Below, piece by piece: positions 46,555 through 59,864 of a DNA stretch of 64,000 nt. Under the pieces are notes generated by a model that was given only the letters and a program-made list of their open reading frames with translations, was not told where the DNA came from and did no database searches. The DNA comes from Pristiophorus japonicus (taxonomy: Eukaryota): the NCBI RefSeq assembly GCF_044704955.1, contig NC_091983.1, forward strand, positions 12,958,001-13,022,000. The letters run 5' to 3'. The first letter of the stretch is position 1. Every line of letters starts with the position of its first letter. The translations under genes and the position numbers were made by a program.

Positions 46555-47279
46555 TGGTTGTCCCTGTAATTTAACCCCTTTAGCCCAGGTATCATTCTGG
46601 TGAATCTGCACCACACCCCCTCCAAGTTAAGATTCTCGGATGTAAAGATGCTTGAGAAACTTTTTTAAAAAAGAGGTCCTCTTCTGAAGCTGGTGTTATT
46701 GGAGTGGGGGTGGGAAAAGTGGATGAAGTTGCACACAGCAGCTGCCACCCATCACCTTAATAAATTCAAAGTCGCCCTCAAATGTGAAACATTTCTCGAA
46801 GTATACATAATTCACAATACATGGGTCTGAAATCCCACGACGGAATATTCATTCCGTCCGCAAGGAAATGTGCGAAGTATTTGAGTGTCATTTCATTCAT
46901 AGATCACTGGGGTAGTGGCAATGCTGTGATCTCTGCTGGCAGGGTGGCTTATTTCCGTAACACAGTGAATGTTTATATTTCCACGTCGGGAAGATAATTC
47001 ATTGGTTGGCCGTGAAGCACTTTAGAACGTTCCGAGAGAGATTTGGAAGTGCTTTATAAGTGCAGGTTCTTGCCCCTGCTGCTGTGCTTGCACAGTGTAG
47101 ACACACACACACACACACCCCTGAAGCTAATTGAACCAAACTCCTTTCCCACATCTCGCCTACCTTCCCTGCCCCCCTCCAGGGGTGCCATTCACTCTGC
47201 AGCACCAGCAGCACAAAGAATCTTGCATTCCCATTGGACTATTTGATTCTGAGTCTAACCTCTCCCTGTAAGATATACA

Positions 47280-48955
47280 GACATAAGAAGTAGGAGTAGG
47301 CCATCCAGTCCCTCGAGTCTTCAACCTCAGCTTCACTTTCCTGCCCGCTTCCCATATCCCTTGATTTCCCTAGAGTCCAAAAATCTATCGATCTCAGCCT
47401 TGAATGTACTCAATGTTCTGCGTCCACAGCGCTTTGGGGTGGAGCATTCCAAGTAAATGAGTGAAGAAATTCCTCTTCAGTCTTAAATGGTCGACCCCTT
47501 ATTCTGAGCTTGTGACCCCTAATTCTAGCCATTCCAGCCAGGGGAAATAGCCACTCAGCATCTACCCTGTCAAGCTCCTTAAGAATTTTGAATGTTTCAA
47601 TGAGATCACCTTAATTCTAATAAACTCCAGAGAGAATAGACCCAATCTACTCAATCTCTCCTCATAGGAAACCCTCTCAGCCCAGGCTTTAATCTAGTGA
47701 ACCTTCATTGCACTGCCTCTCAGGCAAGTACATTCTTCACAGTAAGCTGCACTGGCCTTCCCAGATATTTATTTGTTGAGGATAGAAACATAGTACGCCA
47801 TTCAACCCTTCGCGCCTGCACTGCCATTCAATAAGATCATGGCTGATCATTCCCTCAGTACCCCTTTCCTGCTTTCTCTCCATACCCCTTGATCCCCTTA
47901 GCTGTAAGGGCCATATCTAACTCCCTCTTGAATATATCCAATGAACTGGCATCAACAACACTCTGCGGCAGGGAATTCCACAGGTTAACAACTCTGAGTG
48001 AAGAAGTTTCTCCTCATCTCAGTCCTAAATGGCTTACCCCTTATCCTAAGACTGTGTCCCCTGGTTCTGGACTTCCCCAACATTGGGAACATTCTTCCTA
48101 CATCTAACCTGTCCAGTCCCGTCAGAATTTTATATGTTTCTGAGACCCCTTCTCATCCTTCTAAACTCCAGTGAGTACAGGCCCAGTCGATCCAGTCTCT
48201 CCTCATATGTCAGTCCTGCCATTCCAGGAATCAGTCTGGTGAACCTTCGCTGCACTCCCTCAATAGCAAGAACGTCCTTCCTCAGATTAGGAGACCAAAA
48301 CTGAACACAATATTCCACGTGTGGCCTCACCAAGGCCCTGTACAACTGCAGTAAGACCTCCCTGCTCCTATACTGAAGTCCCCTAGCTATGAAGGCCAAC
48401 ATACCATTTGCCGCCTTCATCGCCTGCTGTACCTGCATGCCCACTTTCAATGACTGATGAACCATGACACCCAGGTCTCGTTGCACCTCCCCTTTTCCTA
48501 ATCTGCCACCATTCAGATAATATTCTGCCTTCACGTTTTTGCCACCAAAGTGGATAACCTCACATTTATCCACATTGTACTGCATCTGCCATGCGTTTAC
48601 CCACTCACCTAACCTGTCCAAGTCACCCTGCAGCCTCTTGCTGTCCTCGTCACAGCTCACACCGCCACCCAGCTTGGTGTCATCTGCAAACTTGGAGATA
48701 TTACACTCAATTCCTTCATCTAAATCATTAATGTATATTGTAAAGAGCTGGGGTCCCAGCACAGCCCTGCGGCACCCCACTAGTCACTGCCTGCCATTCT
48801 GAAAAGGACCTGTTTATCCCGACTCTCTGCTTCCTGTCTGCCAACCAGTTCTCTATCCATGTCAGTACATTACCCCTAATACCATGTGCTTTAATTTTGC
48901 ACACCAATCTCTTGTGTGGGACCTTGTTAAAAGCCTTTTGAAAGTCCAAATACAC
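47280..48955 (-). mobile_element. two CR1 LINE 3' fragments (47280-47735 and 47785-48955)
   Basis: CR1 RT ORF 48130..48780 (FADD) and CR1 tails. Confidence 0.88.
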
Positions 48956-50597
48956 CAGCAGGGATGTCTGTTGATCTTTTCATTAAGTGCGAAACGGCAA
49001 AGTTGGCGTGTTTCCAATAGATTCCTGTTGATTTATATTTGCTTGCTGTTTCTTTAAGATACTCATTTCTTGCCTGTTTATTGGATGTGTACTGTGCAGG
49101 TTCAGTAACCAAGCTCCTCTCTATCTTATTTTCCTGGTTTTGGTTAGAGGCTAGACCTATTGTATAAAAGAGAATAACGATGATGTGACTGGTAAGCTGC
49201 ACACTTCCTTCGTGCTGAAGGGGGGAAATGGAATGCTCAGTGGGGCACCAGGATTATTCCATTGATACGAGTGTTTGTGGATTTTTGCTTCCTTTTGAGC
49301 TATTCAGGATGGCAGTGTAGATGTCATTGCGGATGAATTGACGTTTGCTGGTGCTAAAATCAGCACACGAGGTTAAATCAATATCACTTGAGGTCTGTTC
49401 CTCAGGGAACCATCTAGCCGCACTGGCTATTGGCAGGCTTTCTATATGCAGATTGATGGAACGGAGAATATTGCAGAGCTCCAGAGGTTAATTAACTGGG
49501 ACGGTCGCTTGCCCTGGCCAGCATGTTAGGCTTTAATGCAAATTGATTCCATTCACTATTGATGAATGGCTATTTTGGCTTAATTAAATTGGTGAGGGGG
49601 TGTGCGGTGGTGGTGTGCATACTCTGTCTTTGTTTCAGGATTTGCGTTCAGAAGCCTGCTGAGAACAGGGCATGTGATTGGCTGGAGCCTTCTGTGATTG
49701 ACAGCTCGGTGAGCAGAGGTTTTATCCCACAGATTGACGTTAGTTCTCGGGGGAAAATGGAGGGCGTGCCATGTGTGTGTGTGTGTTCAAACTGTGGCAG
49801 TCATATGCCATTGAATATCACGTGTATATTTTTTGGGGTTCACACAAGGTACCAGTGAAGGAGGTGATGGCACATTAACCATTGTTTAAAATGTATGGCT
49901 GAAAATGCATTCGTCCTCGCTTTTGAGAGGTATTCTAATCCAGCGACCAGTGAATAAAGATATAAAGCCACTTTTAAAATACGAGCATACAGAAAATGGC
50001 AGACATGGTCTATCCAGCCTGTCCCTCACAGTTGTGAGGTCTTGTACATCACAAGACAGACACTGCTTACTTCACATCTTGCATTTTTCCATTTCAGTAA
50101 ATACTTATCCCACATCGTCATCTCCTGTGAGCTAAAAAACCAGCTTTAAAAACTCCTGCCGGTTAACGAGTATGGAGTGGTGAAGTCTGAAAAATTCCTT
50201 CCTGAACCTCTTTAGATTTTAAAAATAAAAATATCTCTAAACATTTGGGGGATTTTCTAAAATTAAGGGCCAACAGCTTTTTTCTTAACTGGATGAGGTG
50301 GGTTGCTCTTGCTAAAATGTTTCACATTTATGCAATTTTTCCTTTACATGAATTGTACTGGCAGACTATTAAAACGCCCACAGTATATAAACCGATGTGC
50401 ACTAAGGGCAGTTTCGATGTGCAGCAGTATTGGTTTCTCTGCAGTTTCATACTTGACCAGATGCACATCTGCAATGAGCACATTCACATTTCTATAGAGC
50501 TTTTCTATTAAATTTAAAGAAAAACAGATGGTGCTTTGTGAAAATATTTGAAAGGCCAACTAAATAAAATAGAACAATTCTTTTGCTTCCTCAATAG

Positions 50598-50726
50598 ACG
50601 CTATTACACGAAATGATCCACGCCTTGCTGTTCGTCACAAACAATGACAAAGATCATGAGTCTCATGGGCCCGAGTTCTGCAAACACATGAGGAGGATCA
50701 ACACGATGACTGGAGCCAATGTGACT
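50598..50726 (+). CDS. SPRTN: SPRTN exon 3 (HExxH catalytic motif)
   Basis: TLLHEMIHALLFVTNNDKDHESHGPEFCKHMRRIN; AG/GTAAGT bounded, 129 nt. Confidence 0.97.
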
Positions 50727-50744
50727 GTAAGTACCCAGAGGCAG

Positions 50745-50873
50745 GATCAGTGTATGAGACTGACCTCTGACACTGCGGGGTCAGTGTGTGACTGACCTCT
50801 GACACTGTGGGGTCAGTTTGTGTGAGACTGACCTCTGACACTGCGGGGTCAGTGTGTGTGAGACTGACCTCTG
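50745..50873 (+). repeat. short tandem repeat (~35-40 bp unit, 3-4 copies)
   Basis: Repeated GACTGACCTCTGACACTG(C/T)GGGGTCAGT. Confidence 0.8.
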
Positions 50874-50875
50874 AA

Positions 50876-53140
50876 TTCTCATGGCTTCAGGTCCAGCATG
50901 GGCAAGGAAACCTGCTGATTACCACCTACCACCCTCTCTTAGCTGATGAATCCGTACTCCTCCATGTTGAAATCCACTTGGGAGAAGCACTGTGGGTAGC
51001 AAGGGCACAGAATGTACTCTGGGTGGGGGACTTCAATGTCCATCACCAAGAGTGGTTCGGTAGCACCACTACTGGCACAGCTGGCCGAGTCCTAAAGGAC
51101 ATAGCTGCCAGACTGGACCTGCTGCAGGTGCTGAGAGAACCAACACAAGGGAAAAATCTACTTGACCTCGTCCTCGTCAGACTACCTGTCGCAGATACAC
51201 TGTCCATGACAGCATTGGTAGCAGTGACCACCGCACAATCATAGTGGAGACAAAGTCCCGTCTTCACACTGTGAACATCCTCCATCGTGTTGTGTGGCAT
51301 TACCACCGTGCTAAATGGGATAGATTCAGAACAGATCTAGCAACTCAAAACTGGGCACCATGAGGTGCTGTGGGCCATCAGCAGCAGCAGAATTGTATTC
51401 CACCACAATCTGTAACCTCATGGCCCAGTATATCCTTCACTCTAGCATTACCATCAAGACAAGGGATCAACCCTGGTTCAATGCAGTGTGTAGAAGAGCA
51501 GCACCAGGTGCCGACCTGGGGAAGCTGCAACACAAGACTACATGCATGTTAAACAGCAGAAGCAGCTTGCCATAATCGGGGCTAAGCGATTCCACAATCA
51601 ACAGATCAGATCAAAGCTCTGCAGTCCTGCCACATCCAATCGTGAATGGTGGTGGACCATTAAACAACTAACGGGAGGAGGAGACTCCATGCGGACCCCA
51701 TCCTCAGTGATGGCAGAGCCCCTCACGTGAGTGCAAAAGACATGGCTGAAGCATTTGCAACCATCTTCAGCCAGAAGTGCCGAGTGGGTGATCCATATCG
51801 GTCTCCTCCTGAGGTCCCCACCATCACATAAGCCAGTCTTCAGCCAATTCAATTCACTCCACGTGATATCAAGAAACGGCTGAGCACACTGAATACAACA
51901 AAGGCTATGGACCCCGACAACATCCCGGCTGTCGTGCTGAAGATTTGTGCTCCAGAATTAACCGCGTCTCTAGCCAAGCTGTTCCAGTACAGCTACAACA
52001 TTTATCTGACAATGGAAAACTGCCCAGGTATGTCATCGAGGAGCCCTAGTAAAACTAAAGTCAATGAGAATCAGGGGGAAAACTCTACACTGGCTGGAGT
52101 CAAAGCTAGCACAAAGGAAGATGGTTGTGGTGGTTGGAGGTCAATCATCACAGCCCCAGGACATCACTGCAGGAGTTCCTCAGGGCAGTGTCCTAGGCCC
52201 AACCATCTTCAGCTGCTTCATCAATGACCTTCCCTCCATCATAAGGTCAGAAGTGGGGATGTTCGCTGATGATTGCACAGTGTTCAGTTCCATTTGCAAC
52301 TCCTCAGATAATGGAGCAGTCCATGCCCACATGCAGCAAGACCTGGACAACATTCAGGCTTGGGCTGATAAGTGGCAAGTAACATTCGCGGCACACAAGT
52401 GCCAGGCAATGACCATCTCCAACAAGTGAGAGTCTAACCACAGCCCCGTAACATTCAATGGCATTACCATCGCCAAATCCCCCACCATCAACATACTGGG
52501 GGTCACCATTGACCAGAAACTTAACTGGACCAGCCACATAAATACTGTGGCAACAAGAACAGGTCAGAGGCTGGGTATTCTGGGGCGAGTGTCTTGCCTG
52601 ACTCCCCAAAGCCTTTCCACCATCTACAGCGAACAAGTCAGGAGATTGATGGAATACTCTCCACTTGCTTGGATGAGTGTAGCTCCAACAACTTGAGGAG
52701 CTTGACACCATGTAGGACAAAGCAGCCCACTTGATTGGCACCTCACCCACCACCTTAAACATTCACTCCCTCCACCACCGGCGCACCGTGGCTGCAGTGT
52801 GTACCATCTACAAGCTGCACTGCAGCAACTCGCCAAGGCTTCTTCGACACCTCCCAAACCCACGACCTCTACCACCTGGAAGGACAAGGGCAGCAGGCGC
52901 ATGGGAACACCGTCACCTGCAAGTTCCCCTTTAAGTCACACACCATCCTGACTTGGGAGTATATCACTGTTCCTTCATCGTCGCTGGGTCAAAATCCTGG
53001 AACTCCCTCCTGAAGCACTGTGGGAGCACCTTCACCACACTGACTACAGCGGTTCGAGAAGGCGGCTCACCACCATCTTCTCGAGGGCAATAAATGCTGG
53101 CCTTGCCAGCGACGCCCACATCCTATGAACGAATAATTTA
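50876..53140 (+). mobile_element. non-LTR retrotransposon of a second family (EN+RT, internally deleted)
   Basis: [23 protein letters not shown] and MFADD. The tail GGCAATAAATGCTGGCCTTGCCAGCGACGCCCACATCC also occurs at ~21760 and ~55400. Confidence 0.8.
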
Positions 53141-53149
53141 AGAAAAAAT

Positions 53150-54090
53150 TCCAGTTGGTACTCGTGGAGTACCGCAAGGATCAGTGCTTGGGCCTCAGCT
53201 ATTTACAATCTACATCAATGATACCACATGTAATATATCCAAGTTTGCGGATGATACAAAGCTAGGTGGGAAGGTAAGTTGTGAGGAAGATTCAAAGGGA
53301 TATAGACCGGTTAAGTGAGTGGGCAAGAACATGGCAAATGGAATATAATGTGGAGAAATGTGAAGTTATCCACTTTGGTAGGAAAAATAGAAAAGCAAAG
53401 ATTGTTTTTTAAATGGTGGGAGATTGGGAAATGTAGATATTCTGAGGGATTTGGATGTCCTTGTATATGAATCGCTGAAAGTTAATATGCAGGTACAGCA
53501 AGCAATTACGAAAGCAAATGGTATGTTGGCCTTTATTACAAGAGGATTTGAGTATAAGAATTAAGACGTCTTTCTGCAATTGTTCAGGGCCCTGGTGAGA
53601 CCGCACCTGGAGTACTCCTTGGCATAGGAAAGTTATACTTGCAATGAAGGTTCACCTGATGGAGAGATTGAGTAGACTAGGCCTATATTCTCTAGAGTTT
53701 AGGAGATGAGAGGTGATCTCATTGAAACAGAAAACATTCTTACAGGGCTGGACAGGGTAGATGTAAGGAGAATGTTTCCCCTGGCTGGGGAGTCTAGAAC
53801 CAGGGGTCACAGTCTCAGAATAAGGGGTCGGCCATTTAGGACTGAGATGAGAAGAAACTTCTTCACTCAGAGGGTGGTGAATCTTTGGAATTCTCTACCC
53901 CAGAGGGCTGTGGAGACTCAGTCTTTGAGTATATTCAAGACAGAGATTGATAGATTTTGGGGTATTAAGGCAATCAAGGGATATGGGGATAGTGCAGGAA
54001 AGTGGAGTTTAGGTAGAAGATCAGCCATGATATTGAATGGCGGAGCTGGCTCGAGAGACCGAATGGCCGACTCCTCCTAATTCATATGTA
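53150..54090 (+). mobile_element. CR1 LINE 3' fragment ending just before the SPRTN exon 4 acceptor
   Basis: QGSVLGP, FADD, MRGDLIET..., tail at ~54060-54090. Confidence 0.85.
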
Positions 54091-54107
54091 AACGACGTCT
54101 CTTTCAG

Positions 54108-54375
54108 ATTTACCACAACTTCCACGAAGAGGTGGATGTATACCGGCAGCACTGGTGGCGATGTGACGGACCCTGTCAAAACAGGCGGCCATACCTCGGA
54201 TACGTTAAACGGGCGATGAACAGAGCACCGTCAGCGCGAGACCCCTGGTGGGCTGAGCATCAGCGGATTTGTGGCGGGACATACACCAAAGTCAAAGAGC
54301 CCGAGAATTACAAGGTGAAGAAAAGGGTGCGGGGGGAAACGCCAGGGAAGCAGTCAAAACCACTGAAGGACAAAG
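54108..54375 (+). CDS. SPRTN: SPRTN exon 4 (zinc-binding subdomain)
   Basis: IYHNFHEEVDVYRQHWWRCDGPC..RPYLGYVKRAMNRAPS..DPWWAEHQRICGGTY.K; 268 nt, donor G|GTACT. Confidence 0.95.
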
Positions 54376-54549
54376 GTACTGGGTGTGTCTGTCTGTCTGA
54401 GGGGAGGGTGTATCTGAGTGTGGCTGAGGGGGGAGTGTGTGTGTGTGTGTGTGTGTGTGTGTCTGGCAGGCTGGGGTGGGTGGGGGGTTGTGTCTGGCTG
54501 TCTGGAGGATGATGGTGTCTGAACTTGTGTTCTTTGGAATATTAGTGCA

Positions 54550-55320
54550 AGTCTCTGGATTACTAGTCCAGTGGAGGGTGCGAATCTGGGTGAGTCGAGG
54601 AACAAAGGGATCTCGTACAGATACACTAATCACTAAAAGTAGCGATGTAGGTTAACAAGGCCATAAAAAAACAAACTAGTCACTAGGATTTATTTCTAGA
54701 GGGATTGAATTGGAAAGTAGTAAAGTTATGATAAACTTGTATTGTACCTTAGTTAGACCACACTTTGAGTACTGCGTACAATTCTGGTCGCTATATTATA
54801 AAAAGGATATTGAGGCACGAGATGGTGTGGAGAAGATTTACAAGGATGATACCAGAAATGTAAGTATACGTCTATCAGGAAAGGGTGAACAGCTGGGTCT
54901 CTTTTCTCTTGAAAAAAGGCGGCTGAGGGGTGACCTAATTGAGGTCTTTTTAAAATTCTGAAAGGTTTTGATAGTGTGGATACAGAGAGAATGTTTCCAC
55001 TTGTGGGGAAGAGCATAACTAGAGGCCATCAATATAAGATAGTCACCAAGAAATCCAATAGGAAATTCAGGAGAAACGTCTTTACCCAGAGAGTGGTGAG
55101 AATGTGGAACTCGCTACCACAGGGAGTGGTTGAATCGAATAATATCGATGCATTTAAGGGGAGGCTGGATAAGCATATTAGAGAGAAGGGAATAGAGGGT
55201 TATGCTGATGGAGATAGATGAGGAAAGATGGGAGGAGACTTGAGTGGAGCATAAACGCCGGCCTGGACTGGTTGGGCCGAATGGCCTGTTTATGTGCTGC
55301 ATATCCTATGCAATGCTATG
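54550..55320 (+). mobile_element. CR1 LINE 3' fragment in SPRTN intron 4
   Basis: Peptides LVRPHFEYCVQFWS and FTQRVVRMWNSLP. Confidence 0.8.
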
Positions 55321-55766
55321 TAACATAACCACTACACGACAGTGGGAGTGCCTTCACTCCCGGACTGCAGCAGCTCAGCACCACCTCGAGGGCAACGAAG
55401 GATGGGCAATAAATGCAGGCCTTGCCAGCGATGCCCACATCCCGAGAATGAATACATTCCTGGGTTAAGACCCTAATGCAGAATATGAAGTATAATTGAC
55501 ACAGTATTCAAACTAGTCGCTGTGCATTTTTGTTTCCAGTGCAGAGCGATGGTCAGTGATCTGAACAGCCACGGGGAAAGGGCGAGGGAGTGGGACGAGC
55601 TGAAGGGCTCTTGCGGAAGAGCTGGCACGGGCTGAATGGCCTTTTTCTGTGCTGTTAACCATCTATGGTTCTGTGAACACCTTTCATGTTTTTTGAAGCT
55701 TGGCCCAGTGTGTAATTGGCCAAACCCAGTAATCACTGCTCATCTTTGTCTCGCTCTGTTGTTTAG

Positions 55767-56563
55767 ATAGATCCCTGGGCGTGGATATTCGTTCTGTCAT
55801 TCCGTTCGTTGGAAAAGGCCGTATCCTCGGAGGCAGGAGCGCCGACTTGCCTTCTCAACGCACGCCCATGGGGAGGATTCCCGAGAGCAGCAAGTTGCTC
55901 AGCTCGCGCTCCCAGGATGTTCCCCGAGGTTGTGAACCGGGTTTGGGCTCCTGGGTCGTTGAATCCAACCGGCAGGGAGCTTCTCCGGAGGCTGCAAATC
56001 CGGCCAGCCCCATCCCGGCGGGTGCTCGGCCGCCCTCCGTCCTTTCGGGGTGGTTGCTGAAACGCCCCGCTGACCACACCGGCCCGAAGACCGCTAAAAA
56101 ATCCGTCGCCAATGCCGGGGCTTTCATCAGCGTCGACGGGTCGCCCGTTAAAATCGGTGGCCCACCGCCAACGGACTCTGCGAAGGGGAAAGTGCCTAAA
56201 AGTAACCAGAAACGGCCCATCTCTGAACTGCACGGGCCGCCTCACCAACCGGGCCGCTCCGCCGCCGGCACAAGCGCCAGGAAAAAGATGCGGGCCGAAC
56301 CCCCCTCCCCCGGAGCGCCCATCCTGCAAGCCTTCGGTAAATCGCCGGCGGCAGCTCGATCTGCCGGAGCGAGCACGTCCGACGAGGCCGACTCCAGCAA
56401 TCGGCACAGCCGGAATGCCGCGGGCACAGGACCATGGCAGACGGACAGCCCAGCTGGCGCATCTGGGACCAGCGCCGGCGGTGAGCTTGTTAACTGCCCC
56501 GTCTGTGGCTTGGCCTTCTCGGCATCTGGAATTAACCAGCACCTGGATTCCTGCCTCCAGTGA
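55767..56563 (+). CDS. SPRTN: SPRTN exon 5 (SHP box, UBZ4); total CDS 1554 nt, 517 aa
   Basis: Acceptor TGTTTAG in the correct phase. IPFVGKGRILGG (SHP box) and VNCPVCG....GINQHLDSCL (UBZ4), then TGA. AATAAA at 56946. Confidence 0.93.
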
Positions 56564-57116
56564 CTGGGAGAGAGAGAGAGATGTCGTTTATATGTGATGC
56601 TGTGGATCATGTGAGTTTTATTTCAATCGTGTCTGAGACAGTGAGTATCTCCAGGAAAATCTGGGGGTTTGTTTTCCTCCTCAAATATCCTACAGGTTTA
56701 ATTTCATCCCAGCTGTTTGTCTCAGTGAGACTTGTAAAGAGAGAAATATATATATATTTATTCCAGTGGAAATTTTTCTAAAAGATGTTGCCATTGCAAT
56801 TTTCTGTACACTTTATTATTCATATTAAATATTAACTGATTCGTTCTTTGCTCTTCACTGCAGATTAAAATGTTCATTTTAACTGCAGTTTTTTCCCAAC
56901 CTTTTTTTAAATCTTTGAATGATTACTTGAATTATGAACCGTGTTAATAAAAATGACTGTGTCCTGACTCCATGTTGATTATGTTCAGAATGATACCGGG
57001 GTTTCGAGGGTTAAATTGTAAGTTACGTAAACTTGGCTCGGGTTTAGATAACTGAGGGATGATCTTATCGAAGTGTTTATGATTAAGGGATCTGCCTGAA
57101 GCCATGGACCATCGTC

Positions 57117-57673
57117 TGTGAATGTTTAAAAATGTATAGAGACATTGAAGTTGAGAATGTGGGAATTGTATAGGGACAGTATAAGCTAACAAAGAATTCA
57201 TGGAGGAATAGCCATGACATCTCAGACTCCAGACTGCGAAATGTTACAACACTAACACATATTGAAACAAAACCCACAGCTTGCAGAAAAACCTCAAGGT
57301 CTTATTAAATCATGTTATTAACCTGAAACATTAACAGAAGGTCTTTGTTTAAAATCAGACCATACTTAGGTCGGCTTATGAGTGGACAAAGGGAAAGAGG
57401 GATCAAAAGAGATAGGCTGAACTAGGATGTCACTCTAGCCCTATCTTGTTATCTTTTGCCGAAAATGTATAACCATCGTCCCTTTGCAATGTAACATCAC
57501 TTTGTCCGTAGGAAGTGAGTGCGTTCTATCAGAGTTGCATTCCTTCTGTCTGATAAGGTCCCCGATCGGGATTTGCTTTTTAAATAAAAGCTTGCTTTGT
57601 TTAAAGCACAAACGGTATTCGTTTCAGTAATTTTGCTGAATCAGATTGAGGTAAAAGAATCCAGAAATCAACA
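57117..57673 (+). mobile_element. probable retroviral solo LTR (557 bp) with 4-bp TSD
   Basis: TGT...ACA termini flanked by CGTC (57113-57116 and 57674-57677). TATAA at ~57468 and AATAAA at ~57583. Confidence 0.6.
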
Positions 57674-58261
57674 CGTCTACAGTCCTAACACTCACACAGA
57701 TCTTTGTATCACCTGCCGACCCTCAGATTGTGTCTTTAACACCTACATCGGGATCTCGGGCTAGGTATAGAAAGGTCAGAGAAGAAGTGAAAAAGAAAAT
57801 AAGAGGGGCAAAAAGAATAGAATGGCAGCCAACATAAAAGCTAATCCAAAAGTCTTCTATAGGCATATATATATTGTAAGGGTAGTAAGAGGGGCGGGGT
57901 TGATTAGGGACCAAACAGGAGACCAATGCATTTAAGCAGAATATGGCTGAGGTACTAAATGAGTACTTTGCATCTGTCTTCACCAAGGAAGAGGATTCTG
58001 CCTGAGACATAGTGAAGGAGGAGGTAGTGGAGACACTTGATAGGATAAAAATTGATAGATATTAGAAAGGCTGGCTGATAAATCACCAGGAGTGGATGGG
58101 ATGCATCCTAGGAAAGTGAGGGAGGAAATCGTGGACAAGGCCTTATCAACTCCTATGAATGCACCCCGACTCCCTATTCACTTTAGCTATCGCTTCACAG
58201 TATTGCTCATGAACCTTTAAGAGATCTATGCACTACAATGCCCACATCTTTTTCTTTCTTT

Positions 58262-59070
58262 GAATATTGGGAAGACTGAAGCCATTGTTTTTGGTCCCTG
58301 CCACAATCTCTGTTCCCTAGCCACTGACTCCATCCCTCGTCCCAACTTCTGACTGAGGCTGAACCAAACTGTTCGCAACCTTGGTGTACTTGACCTTGAA
58401 ACGAGCTTCCGGCCACATATCCGTAGCATAACTAAGACCGGCTATTTCCACCTCCATAACATCGTCCTTCTCCGCCCTTGCCTCAGCTCATCTGCTGCAG
58501 AAGCCCCCATCGGTAACTTTGTTGGCTCTTGACTATTCCAATGCACTCCTGGCTGGCCTACCACATTCTACCCTATGTAAACTAGAGGTGATCCAAAACT
58601 CGGCTGCCCATGTCCTAACTCGCACCAAGTCACACTCACCTATCACCCTTGTGCTGGCTGACCTAAATTGGCTCCCTATTAAGCAACACCCATTTCACAA
58701 TTCTCATCCTTGTTTTCAAATCCCTCCATGGCCTCGCCTCTCCCTATCTTTGTCATCTCCTTCAGTCCCACAACCCCTTGAGATGTCTGCACCCCTCTAA
58801 TTCTGCCCTCTTGAGCATCCCTGAATATAATCACTCAACCATCGGTGGCCGTGCCTTCTGTTGCCTAGGTTCTAAGCTCTGGAATTCCCTGCCTGATCCT
58901 CTCCGCGTCTCTACCTCTTTTTCCTCCTTCAAGACGCTCCTTAAAACATACAAACTTTTGGTCACCTGCCCTAATTTCTCCTTATATGGCTGTGTCAAAT
59001 TGTTTATCTCATCATTGGGACATTTTACTACGTTAAAGGTGCTATATAAATACAAGTCATTGTTTTTTTT
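58262..59070 (+). mobile_element. L2 LINE 3' fragment
   Basis: LNIGKTE and LDYSNALLAGLP; tail GCTATATAAATACAAG. Same family as 4105-5248. Confidence 0.82.
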
Positions 59071-59864
59071 CCACCTTTAATGCTTTTCGCTGACGGGTGT
59101 ATGCATGTTCAGTATTTGCCCTGACCATATGCAGAACACTACTTTTCCACATTATACATCATTTGCCAGTCACAAGCCCCAATCTCCCAATGCATTAAGA
59201 TCTGCCTGAAGCCGTCAAGCATCTTCTAGTCTTAACCACCCGCACAGATCTTGATATCATCTGCAAACTTGCAGGTTGTGCCTACAACACGTACATCTAG
59301 ATCATTAATAAAAAATAGTACAGAGCAACGGTCCCAACACTGATCGCTGCAGCACACCACTGATGACCATCTCCAAACAGATCCAAATCTACCTATCACT
59401 ACTTTCTGCCTGTGTCCTGCCATCCATCTCAATGTCTTGGTCAAAATCTTTCTGGAAGTCTTAAGTAGACAGTGAATTCTGGGCTTCCTTCATCCACCAT
59501 CTTAGAATTAGGCTTTCCGGGGGTGGGGGGGAAAATCAGGAAACACTTTTTCATGCACAGTGTAGTAGAATTTGGAATGCTCTTCACCCAAATGTTTTTG
59601 GATGCTGGGAGCCAATTGGAGCTTTCAAGACTGAGATTGCTAGATTTTTGTTGGGTAAGTGCATCGAGGGATATGGAGCTACATTGGGTAAATGGAGTTG
59701 AGGTACAGGTCAGCCATGATCTAACTGAATGGCAGAGAAGGCTCGCGAGGCTGATTGGCCTCCTCCTGTTCCTTGTGTTTCTTTAGGGTATGTGAGTTGA
59801 GAATCAACAGAGACTGAGATACTTTCCTAAATAATTAAATTTATTGACAACCGTTTTACAGATA

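Noticed and set aside
49200-49850. Unique-looking intronic stretch, possible conserved non-coding element
   Set aside because: Conservation cannot be assessed without cross-species alignment.
55763-56610. Several overlapping ORFs over SPRTN exon 5
   Set aside because: GC-rich shadow frames of the real exon.
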